This document shows, piece after piece, positions 12,710 through 24,363 of a stretch of DNA of 64,000 nt. The notes under the pieces were generated by a model. It did not search any database. It was not told the DNA's origin and saw nothing but the letters and a program-made list of their open reading frames with translations. Every line of letters begins with the position of its first letter. Positions within the stretch are counted from its first letter, which is position 1. The position numbers and the translations under genes are program-made. Source of the stretch: Octopus vulgaris (lineage: Eukaryota); the NCBI GenBank assembly GCA_951406725.2, contig OX597814.1:56916001-56980000 (forward strand), in the 5' to 3' direction.

Positions 12710-13440
12710 TACGATGATCAGTTGAAAAGTTAGTTCATAGGCTGACCAAGATACTCTCATGGAATGTGATTAAATGAAATTTACTTTTCAACATAGCGCC
12801 TCTTACAGTCCACACACCTCTTTCGTCGGTGTGGCAGCCCTTGGATCCCATTGGTGAAGAAGTCATCATCCTGTTGCTCAAAAAAGTTATCAACAGCAGA
12901 TATGACGTCACCATCACTGCGATACTGGTTCCCAGCCAGGTAATTTTTTCATGTTAGGAAACAGATGATAGTCAGATGGGGCCAAATCAGGAGAACTGGG
13001 AGGGTGATCAACCAACTCAAAGCTAGTCACATATATAGCACCCACCTAGCAGAAACCTTCGTCATGCCAAGTTCATTGTGCAGAATATTCTCAACTCTCG
13101 TACGGGATATACTAATAGCATTAGTATATCACCGTGATGAACAAACTCAATAATTTCCATGTTGGTGGCAGTTGACTGCCCACTTTTGCAGTGTTGACAA
13201 AGCTGAAATGTCATCTCCTAATGCAACGACCATGTCAGTATGAATGTCATTAGGGACTGAACCATTTTCCTGCAGGCACTTGATAACTCGACGAAAAGTC
13301 ACTACGAGTTACTTTTGAAGTCTTCTTGAAACAGTTTACCAGGAGGGAAACAATGCAGTTAATAATAAGAAACGTTTTAATTAATACATGCAAATTTCAC
13401 AGCTCTAGCATCACTCCTTCGTTGTCAGCTGACCTTCGTA
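12710..13440 (-). mobile_element. Deleted mariner relic
   Basis: Minus strand encodes FFTNGIQGLPHRRKRCVDCKRRYVEK* (mariner C-terminus). Ends TACGATGATCAGTTGA / TCAGCTGACCTTCGTA. Confidence 0.75.
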
Positions 13441-13479
13441 GGTCGAATTACTAGGTGGATTCTTTTCTGTTTGATAAAG

Positions 13480-13806
13480 ACCCCATTTGGTCAATAATGA
13501 CCATGGGATTGCACCTAGAAAGTTCGCCTCCGAGGCACAAGCCCGAGTAAGGCTGTTTTATGGAAGACCAGCAGTCACTCATGCATACCAGCCTCCCCTC
13601 TCCACGCCAACGATGTTATCCAAGGGAAAGGCCAATACACCTTGGCACTAGTGACGTCGCAACTCATTTGTACAGTTGAGTGAAATGGAGCAACATGAAA
13701 ATAAAGTGTCTTGTTCAAGAACACAACACACAGCTTGGTTTGGGAATCAAACTCAGTACTTCATGATTGTGAGCCCGACGCTCACACTGAGTCATGCGCC
13801 TCCACA
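13480..13806 (-). mobile_element. SINE family B
   Basis: Homologous to 47545-47822 and 15015-15210. Confidence 0.8.
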
Positions 13807-14014
13807 CTTAAAGTAACAACACATAACAAAATCAGGGTCTATTTCTTACCGGAACTTAATATACAACCAATTGTAAAAGTGAGCGGTATAAATATACCAT
13901 ACATCACAGAAGACACATACTTGGATTCACATATAACTCGTCCGCAATGTTCAATAGAAACAGAGTAAACATAACAGAGTAAGCAAAAGAACGCATGAAT
14001 ATACTTAATTACAA

Positions 14015-14239
14015 TTTCTTTTATCTTTTCCTTGGTTCAATCATAAGACTGCAGCCATGCTGGGTACTGCCTTGAAGAATATTTAGTCGAATGAATCGAC
14101 CCAGTACTTACCTTTTTAAGGCTGATACTTATTCCATCGGTCTCCTTTGCCGCTAAGTTACGGGGACACAAACACACCAACACTGGTTGTCAAGCAGTGG
14201 TGGAGGTCAGACAGACACAAAGACACACACACATAGGTA

Positions 14240-14276
<37 letters not shown>

Positions 14277-14580
14277 TACGACGACTAGGGTCCCAGCTGA
14301 TACGATCAACGGAACAGCCCGCTCGTGAAATTAACGTGCAAGTGACTGACCAATCCACAGACGCGCGTACCCCAAACGTTGGTTTTCAGGGAGATTCAGC
14401 GTGACACAGAGTGTGGCAAAGCCCGCCCTTTGAAATACAGGTACAACTCATTTTTCCAGGTGAGTGGACTGGAGCAACGTGAAATAAAGTGTCTTGCCCA
14501 AGGACACAACGCGCCGCCGGGAATCGAACTCACGACCTTACAATCGTGAGCCGAATGCCCTAACCACTAAGCCACGCGCC
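14015..14580 (-). mobile_element. SINE family C tail (14015-14240) plus SINE family B (14272-14580)
   Basis: Head GGCGCGTGGCTTAGTGGTTAGGG...GAGTTCGATTCCC, then TTGTGTCCTTGGGCAAGACAC (CORE-like). Confidence 0.85.
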
Positions 14581-14581
14581 T

Positions 14582-15210
<629 letters not shown>

Positions 15211-16389
15211 CAACACAATATACTATATATATATATAGTTTCCGCCCACCAAATCCACTCACAAGGCTTTGGTCAGCCCGAGTCTATAGTAGAAGACACT
15301 TGCGCAAGGTGTCACGCAGTGGGATTGAACCTGGAACCATCTGGTTAGGAACAAGCTTCTTACCACACAACCACTGATGCTTCCCTGTCATTGCGTCTAT
15401 TCTTTGACCTGTTCAGCATGGAATCTCGACTAAAAACTTGCTCTCCAGTAGACAGTTCTCAGGGTCATTGAAACACACAATCTACCATACTGCAACATGG
15501 ACTCGATCTTGTGGTGCATAAACCGTACAGCAATCATATCTATCCCATCTGGCCAACATAAAGAAACAACAGTTCACGACATCATTCAGAAATTACGCAA
15601 GCCTTATCTAAACCCTAATATCTCCATAACACATTACTATAAACTACAAAGGACATAAAACTATACAATACACATCAACCTAGGTTTTATACAGACCACG
15701 CCAAAAGGAAATGTAATGTAAATAACAGTATGGAAACCTATCCAGATATGTGGGTGGCACAGTTTGATGCTTAGCAAATTTCAACCTTCACTCTCATTGT
15801 CTTTGTATAGAAATATCACCTTGTATCACTTGATACACAGGTCCACAGAATACCACTGCAATAGAATATTGTAAGCAATATATCTCCAATTCATTTCAGA
15901 CCAACACATGCAATCGTTGCAGCACCAATAGCCTCAACATTATGCGATCCCCAAACTACGTGCTGGGATGCGTAGCACCAATGATAAACGTGGAAGAACA
16001 CACACTGTTGTGGTATCATCAAACATGATCATACTACATGATCAGACAACATGATCTGACATCATGATCGCGGTGTCATACAACATGACCAAAGTGTCAC
16101 ACTACACTACATGCGAATAACCAATGCGAGTTGCAAATTATAATATAGTTCACAGCTAGGCTGTAATATGGTACGACTGGAAAAATAGATTTGTGAACGT
16201 GTTAAGTAGCTCACCCGGACTACTGCAGAAGTTGCTGCAGGCAGCAGCTACATCAATCAATGAATTTTGGGCTTTGCACAGGCTGAGTGCTGGCAAACAC
16301 TTGACAACAATAATATAAGGGAATGTATATGAAACTCCAAAATACGTGTCTTGAGTGGAGGAGACCAGATTTAGACCAGGAGTTAATAA

Positions 16390-16990
16390 AATCTTTTATC
16401 TTATACTTATTGCAGTCATACGACCCATACTAGGGCCTTACCTTTAAGGGTTTAGTCAAACAAATCGACCTCGGTGTTTCTTTTTAAAGTTTGGTACTTA
16501 TTTTATCAGTTCTTCTGGCCAAACAACTAAGTTACGGGGACGTAAAGAGAGCAACACCAATTGTCAAGCGGTAGGGAACAAGCACAAAGACACACACAAA
16601 AAAACACTCACCCATATGGTTCCGGGTTCAGTTCTACTGCTTGGAACCTTGAACAAAATGCCTTCTACTATATCCTCTTGCCGACCAATGCCTTGTGAGT
16701 AGATCTAGTAGACGGAAACTGAAAGAAGCCCATCGTATATGTGGGTATATGTGCGCGTGCGCGCTTGTATTTGCATATGTATTTACCCTACCACTGCTTG
16801 ACAGTCGGTGGTGGTTTGTATATTACTCCGAAACTTAGCGTTTCGGCAAAATGAACCGATAGGCTTTAAAAATAGTACGTCGATTCGTTCGAATAAGAAT
16901 CTTCAAGGCGGTGCCTCAGCATGGCCGCATTCCAGTGACAGAAACAAATAAAAGATAAAAGTTAAATAAAAAAAGATAAATAAAGACAAA
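16390..16990. mobile_element. Two SINE family C fragments in opposite orientations
   Basis: 16390-16600 matches the family C tail on the minus strand; 16615-16990 matches it on the plus strand. Confidence 0.7.
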
Positions 16991-17497
16991 AAGCAAAAAA
17001 TCCAACGGGGCCAGGATGTGGTGGTGACTACACCAGCCTATTTGGATTGGTTATCGTTGACTAATGGTATGTCTTAGATAGTAGTTGCTCCCCTGGAGCG
17101 AAAATATTGTTAGAAACAACATTTTGAATATCCACGTGGTACCAGAAACTAATTCAGAGGCAATTTAGGAGACAGAATTGAGGTGAATAAAGAGACAATG
17201 TTCGATGAAAGTCCCGCACTTATATATGCCCTGTGTAGCTAGGTCATCTTAGGAATAAACTTTAGTTAGAGACTTTGCTGAACAGGTCCAGAACTGTAAC
17301 GTAAAAAGTAATAAATAAATAAAAATATAATTAAATTGAAATATCGAATAACACATCGCATACCATTCATTCTTTTCTTATACTTTTCGTGGAAAAACTT
17401 GAACAAAAAAGATTCAAGAAAATAAAGAGTAGTTGATATCGTGACTCATACAAGATATACTTCAACTACATTCTATACAACCGCCTAAGTTGCATTA

Positions 17498-17498
<1 letters not shown>

Positions 17499-17580
<82 letters not shown>
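17499..17580. repeat. (ATCT)n microsatellite
   Basis: Direct reading. Confidence 0.97.
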
Positions 17581-17916
17581 ACACATGCGCACACCTACAC
17601 ACGTAAAGGGTAGTGTAAAAATGTAGTTTTGCAACAATAATGTTCCAGTGTTCCGATGAGCAAGCATTAGTTATTTGCTTTATGTTGTGAATATAAAATT
17701 ATATTGTATCACACCGCGCATGCATATTGATGTAAGCATTTAAGTATAATTCAGCATATCGAAATTAATACCATATAAAGAAGAGTACGAAACGGTCAGG
17801 AATTCACCCCTTCTACCTCTTGACTTTATGATCTATCTATCTGTTTATCTATCCATGCAAACACGCATGCATATATACACGCTCTCGCGTTCGCGCACGT
17901 ATGTACAGATAACTAA

Positions 17917-18046
17917 TATTATTCTGTAACAAGAATACATTGTTAATGACTTCGAAGTTTCAGCTAGCTAAGCCATCATCTGATGATGGCTTAGCTAGCC
18001 GAAACTTCGAAGTCAGTGTCATTACTATTCTTGTTAAAGAATAATA
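17917..18046 (+). ncRNA. Short fold-back centred inside a hammerhead core
   Basis: Palindrome 17947-18015 centred on 17981. Plus strand reads CTGATGA-T-GGCT-TAGCT-AGCC-GAAAC-TTCGAA-GTC; the 5' strand of stem I is replaced by the inverted arm. Confidence 0.72.
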
Positions 18047-18149
18047 AATTCGTACTCTTTAAAAGTAAGGAGTAATCCTCAAGATTTATGTAGATTCGTT
18101 TTTATTATAACTGACCATAAATGCAAAATTAATACACACGCACACACAT

Positions 18150-18204
<55 letters not shown>

Positions 18205-18221
18205 TTATATATGTGTGTATA

Positions 18222-18444
18222 TACGAGAGGGAGGAGTGCTGAAAAGTTTTTGGCTTAGGGTAAAAGAAAATACGGGAGGATCAGTTAATTATGATTTCGT
18301 TCAACATATTTCCCTCTTAGATTCACACACTCACTGCGGCAGTCCTTCTGCCCTATAAAAGAACTTGGAAAGTTGAGCCTCCAGCGAGGCTTTTCGCGAC
18401 ACCCTTAAAGCCAGGAAGTTTCAGCATCAGCACCACTCATGTAT
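18222..18444. mobile_element. Mariner-derived MITE
   Basis: TIRs GTGCTGAAAAGTTTTTGGCTT / AAGCCAGGAAGTTTCAGCA; TA-flanked; about 220 bp. Confidence 0.6.
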
Positions 18445-18608
18445 CTACGTATGTATGCACGTATGTATGCACGTATGTATGTATGTATGTATGTATGTAT
18501 GTATGTATGTATGTATGTATGTATGTATGTATGTATGTATGTGTATGTATGTATTTATTTGTATGTATGTATATAAATATATATACATATACATATATAC
18601 ATAGATAT

Positions 18609-18643
18609 GTTTCCGACGAAGGGCTCCGCTCGAAACGTCATAC
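18609..18643 (+). ncRNA. Minimal hammerhead motif, core-mutated
   Basis: GTTT-CCGACGA-A-GGGC-TCC-GCTC-GAAAC-GTC-ATAC. U4 is changed to C; stem III is a loopless ACGT; the element ends in (TA)n at about 18740. Confidence 0.6.
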
Positions 18644-18735
18644 CCTCCTTCATCCCTTCTTTCCTCAGCGCCCAATAATACTTTATTTGTTCCACATCTT
18701 CGCGTTGTTGTCTTTTTGTTTTCTTGTTTGGATTA

Positions 18736-18790
<55 letters not shown>

Positions 18791-21401
18791 GTAATGTAAC
18801 TCGATCAGCAGGAACAAAAGTCACTGAAATTTTAAGTTTTATCAAGGATGGGTATGTTTGAACCACACTTGAATCATCGTTCGGCCATTTTGATTGAAGA
18901 CACGCAACGACAAACAATATGGTGGACGGAACGTGCTAATCTTCCGTATAGTCAGCACAAATATCTTACTTTGACATAATGTTATTTCTAGCATGTCTAG
19001 AGACCTTCTAGGCTTAACTTCATGTACTGGTTGAAAAATTATCTAAAACATTTCTGGGGATACAATCGACTAAAAATTCCTCAAGGTGGTGCCCCAGCAT
19101 GGCTGCACTCTAACGACAGCAACAAGTAAAAAGGAAAAGAAAAATGAATTATATCACATAAGTGGTTTTTGATCAAGCTTAAAAAAAATTCTGGGTTCCA
19201 TACAGCCAGCTAAAAATTCTTCAAGGAGGTGCCCCAGCTTGGTCGACGGCAGTCTAATAACTGCAACAAGTAAAGGAAAATTCGGGGGTCGATACATTCA
19301 ACTAAAAATTCTAAAAACGAAAAAATAGCCGAAAAATATAAGCGTGGCATTTTTGTCCAAGGAGATTTTTGTCCGAGGGGCTTTTGTCTTAAGGGGCTTT
19401 TGGCCGGACCCCATTGAACTCTATAATAGATATACAGATCGTAGTTTGAAAACGAACTAGTTTGAGTAGGAAGCGAAACCGCGTTGCAATGTTAATTTGT
19501 GGAGATGTATTTCTTGTTCAACAACAAATGCTGAATATATATTAACCCTGCTGAACAACACCAAACACCTCCTTGTATGTCCTCACACCATCTCTCCAAA
19601 CAAAATCGAGTGCTATTTTCTAATAATCTCATATATCGGAACAATAAAGGCAGAGAAAAAAACCCCCCAGTAGAACTAATAAATGTTGATAAAAACAACA
19701 TGTATAGGTCGGAGCAACTGGTAAATATATTTCAGAAAAGATCACAGGGTTGAGTAACACATTGGCTGGCTGGAGTTCACTTGCCGAAGTCGAAATGTCA
19801 CGTTGTTGGTAAGGTGACATGATAATTTCTGTGCTTTCATAGAACAACACACACGTTCACACCCGCACGCACGATCACACACACACGCTACTTCTGTATA
19901 TATTCCTATACATACGAATATTCGCACACACCCATCCCCATACACAGCCAAACACACACTGAATAGTGTGTGGCTTGGCTCTACTCATTCTAATTACTTA
20001 GAAGTGGAAAATGTCAGTTCGGTGGCTCACTTAGTGATATAAAGATAGTTAGCATTTGTTTTCCTGCTACTTTTTCTTCTTTTTTTAATCTTTAAACGAT
20101 TTAAATACAAGCTTAGTCACAATGATCAAATGGATGAGAAAATTTTCAGTTTATGAGATTTAAGTTCGTACTCTGAGAACGACGTTGTTCAACGGATCTT
20201 TTGTAATGTACATTTGCCCTTGTCTGTTTGAAAGCCGACTGAAAAAAAAAAAGAAGACTAGTACAGTACGTGCTGGATATATGTAACAACACATGCAGGC
20301 TCGTTTGAATAATAATTCTAATAATAATTCTAAGATGTTTGTATCATCTGGGGATTGAAATGTTTGTTATCTCACAGATGTTATTAGTAATAAAAAGATT
20401 GAAAATTTTACTTTTTCATTTGCAATTTTGTTTTTATTGCACTTATTGAGAATGCTGCTTGTAAGGGTTATTGCTATTGTAAGCTGAATTCCAGAAAAAC
20501 ATGTCAGATATTTCACTATGGAAGTTAGCAAATCTATATATAGCAAACAAAGGAACCTCTACGTGGGTATTTAACCCGCTTGAAATAGCAGATAAATTTC
20601 CACCAGCTCACATCCGGTAGTCTTAAAAAGGAGGGATACACTAAATAATGTGTTAATATAAAAGTATAAAGATTTTGATTTACAAATATATATATTTGAT
20701 TATGTCAAGTCGAAGCGGGAATAGAAATAGAGATACTGTTTCAGTTCGCTGTTGCAGTGAATTCTCTAAATCATTTCTGTAACCGATAGCTTTCAAAGAG
20801 TTTATCACCAAATAACGCTTCCTCAAATACTTAAATTTGGAACATTATGTTCAATCAAAAGTGACAATTAGATTGTTTCAATGTTTCCGAAAAGATGCAT
20901 CCATTGCATAACACACAAGGGCTACCACACATTGTCTTCTCTCGGTTGCTAGATAGATTTGATTCTCACTGTAAAATTAAATGAAACAACCCTGTACTAT
21001 AGTGTACTCCTCACGCTAAATCCAGTCGAAACGTAAACGGAAATATGATATTCACTTATAACTCATTTGACCTGATTATTTAGAGGCAAGTGCCTTTACC
21101 TTGTCTGTAGCAGTGAAATGTCACACGAACCATTCAATCAGTTTCACTGGTAGTGTATTGGTACCATATAACGCTTGTCATACAGACTGAAATGAAAACA
21201 TTTTATATGTTATCAGCAATTAGCATACATACATACACAAATACATACGTATAAGATTAATCAGCCGAAATTGCGAAGATGATCCCATTCTTGACTGAAG
21301 ATTGAAGGCTTCGAATGTTCCGTCCGTGTTTTTTGTATCGTCTTCTAAATATTTCACGTTCTTGTCCCAGTTTGTATTTTTTTACATTTACATATACATA
21401 T

Positions 21402-21475
<74 letters not shown>

Positions 21476-22204
21476 ACATATGTATGTATGTGTGTATGTA
21501 TGTGTGTATGTGTGTATGTATGTGTGAGTGTGAGTGTGTATATGCGCGCGCGCGAGTAGCGAACAGATACCAATTTTTTAAGTCATGATTAAAAACTGAC
21601 TCTACAATTTCTTACAAGTCCTCAGCCTATTTTTCTAGCCTGTTACACTAGGAGATGTATGAAAATAAACTGACTTCTTGATCTTTCACGAGTCAGACAT
21701 GGGTCAAAACTGATATGGAGAAGAAATCCTTGACCTAATTTAGTTGCGAAAAATATAAATACGCAAAGCCAAATTGCTTTCTTTCTCTTTGCGTCGACCG
21801 GTCTTTGATCAGAGGAGAATCTCTCTTACTATGCTGACCAATGCGCGAAAACAAATCTATCACTTTCTTTACTTTACTAGACATACTCTTTCTATCTCTT
21901 TAGTAGTCACAAATGAATTTACTATCTGCACAGTTGACTACAAAAAAACTGTGTGCACTAACAACTCAAAGAAAGTTGTGTCTTCTATATTGCAATTGAC
22001 CATAGTTATCGTATAGATAAAATAGCCTTCTCAATAAGCAACTAATTTTGTTCATTTCATTTATTTGGTGCATTTATCCGCAATACATGACCGTTACAAA
22101 TTGGCGGCTCCGTCGTCACGTATATATTCATACTTATATTCATACATACACGTACATATATGCTTATATATATGTATGAATGCATAAACACACACACACA
22201 CACA

Positions 22205-22266
<62 letters not shown>

Positions 22267-22270
<4 letters not shown>

Positions 22271-22727
22271 ATATTTCGGAATGGTCATTTTGCCAGTTTA
22301 GCCAATAAAAACACACGCACTATATATTTGGTGTTATTTTGCTTCAGTGCTATTTATCTTTTACATTAATCTTAATCTTATTTCGGCCAGAGTTCTTTCG
22401 TCACACTCCTGTGACCGCATCAATGGTCCTTTGTTTTCTTCTCACTTATTTGTGTCTCTCCTTACTAACCGTTAGTAAGGAGAGACACAAATAAGTGAGA
22501 AGAAAACAAAGGACCACTGATGCGGTCACAGGAGTGTGACGAAAGAACTCTGGCCGAAATAAGATTAAGATTAATGTAAAAAATAAATAACACTGAAGCA
22601 AAATAACACCAAATATATAGTGCGTGTGTTTTTATTGGCTAAACTGGCAAAATGACCATTCCGAAATATAACAATATCTGTTTCAACACACGACTTCATA
22701 TAAAAAATCTTGCACAACAAATATTTA

Positions 22728-22730
<3 letters not shown>
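22267..22730 (+). mobile_element. Fold-back element (203-bp arms) between two (TA)n arrays, with a hammerhead-like motif at 22514-22553
   Basis: 22267-22469 is the reverse complement of 22471-22673 (at least 3 mismatches). CCA-CTGATGC-G-GTCACA-GGAG-TGTGAC-GAAAG-AA-CTC^TGG. Confidence 0.85.
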
Positions 22731-22759
<29 letters not shown>

Positions 22760-22762
<3 letters not shown>

Positions 22763-24203
22763 TTGCGGCCAAAATGTTCAGAACGGCATTGTTTTCGTCA
22801 GAAAAGTAGGTATAAGTTTTTATCAAAGTTGTTTTATATTCTATAATTTTCACAAACAATAAATACGATATTTTTGTTATTGTCTGAGATTTTGGTGTAA
22901 TTCGAGAGGATAATACAAAAGTTATGGATGATTTAGTGATTTACTGCAAAACCCATGGCGGCCAAAATGATCAGAACGGTTGCTTTTACTCTATGGTTTA
23001 GTATATTTAACTGTCGAACTCTAATGTTTTGAATTTGTTTACGTGACAGTTCGTTTACTAAACATTAGTAAGAATATCTGCAGTGTACTTTGTTAATATA
23101 ATGCCACTTACTCCGTTACCAATTCGTCAGCAGATTATTAAGCTTCGAAAGAAAGATAATTTAAGTATTAGGTCTATTGCAAAGATTGTTAACAAGTCAA
23201 AAGTGTTGTTCACGGTATTCTTAAGGTCTACGATGATTGTGGTTCGTGTGAAGCAAGAAAGTCTACAGGAAGGCCAAGAAAAACGACCAAGAGAAAAGAT
23301 CGTGCTATGGTAAAGTTGGTTAAAAAGGACAGATTTAAAACTGCTGCTGCTGTTTTTCGGGAAATGAGCATTGTACTGAAGAAAACTTTATCTCGAAAAA
23401 CTGTGTCTCGTCCTTTAGTTGAACATGACCTACAAGCAAGAGCACCTGTAGTGAAGCCACTGATCAGCTCCAAGAATAAAAAGTGTCGTCTTACCTTTGC
23501 AACCGAACATGTGTTGTGGTCTCAAGAAAAATGGCAAACGGTGCATTTCAGTGATGAATCTAAGTCTATGTTATTTGGCTCAGATGGGAAAAGGTACGTT
23601 CGTCGAAATGCAGGTGAACAATTGTCACCTAAATGCCTTAAGACTAGTGTTAAATTCGGTGGAGGAAGTGTCATGGTTTGGGGGATGATATCTGGAGATG
23701 TTGTGGGTCCTTTGCTGCGATTACATGGAAAGGTAAATGCAGGAGTTTATAAACAACTTGTAAAAGATCATGTCTTGCCTGTGCTGAGAAATTCAATTAA
23801 GCGACCACCCATTTTCATGCAGGACAATGCCCCATGTCACAAGGCTAAGGTGGTCATGAACTTCCCCAAGGCTGAAAAGGTTATTGTTATGGATTGGCAT
23901 GCTCAAAGCCCAGACCTCAATCCTATTGAAAATGTGTGGAATATTCTAGGAGAACGTTTGAAAGCCAGAAATCCTAAAACAACCGAGCAATTATGGAATG
24001 CCCTTCAGGAAAAATGGAATAAGATCACCCAGCAAGAAATTGAAAATTTAATTTCCCCATGCAGTCGAAAATGTCAAACTTTGATTGAAACTAAAGGGCT
24101 TCACACTAAATATGAAATAATTCCAGCATTCTCTGTCACTCTTTGATTATTTTGTTATTTTTTCTACCGTTCTGATCATTTTGGCCACCATGGGTTTTGC
24201 AGT
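22760..24203 (+). mobile_element. Tc1 transposon with IR-DR ends; right TIR truncated
   Basis: TA|CAGTTGCGGCCAAAATGTTCAGAACGG outer DR, inner DR at about 22958-22979, inverted inner DR region at 24167-24203. The rest of the right TIR is absent. Confidence 0.92.
23101..24146 (+). pseudogene. Tc1 DD34E transposase with one frameshift near 23200
   Basis: MPLTPLPIRQQII...SIRSIAK (HTH), then frameshift to GRPRKTT, FSDESK, VMVWG, QDNA-(34 aa)-NPIE. Confidence 0.92.
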
Positions 24204-24363
24204 ATCGGCCGCCCGAACAGAAAAAGTGTAACTCGTAGAACCAGTGTAACGCGAAACCGCATCAACGACGTTCAAAATTTCTACAACAACCACAATACTT
24301 TTTGTTCTTTTTTCTTTTTTAACCGAATTTTACAGAGCGCAAAAAAACACGACCGCCGAGTGA

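Noticed and set aside
14500-14580. tRNA genes here and at other A/B-box sites
   Set aside because: They continue into SINE bodies and tails, some with TSDs, and I could not build a full cloverleaf.
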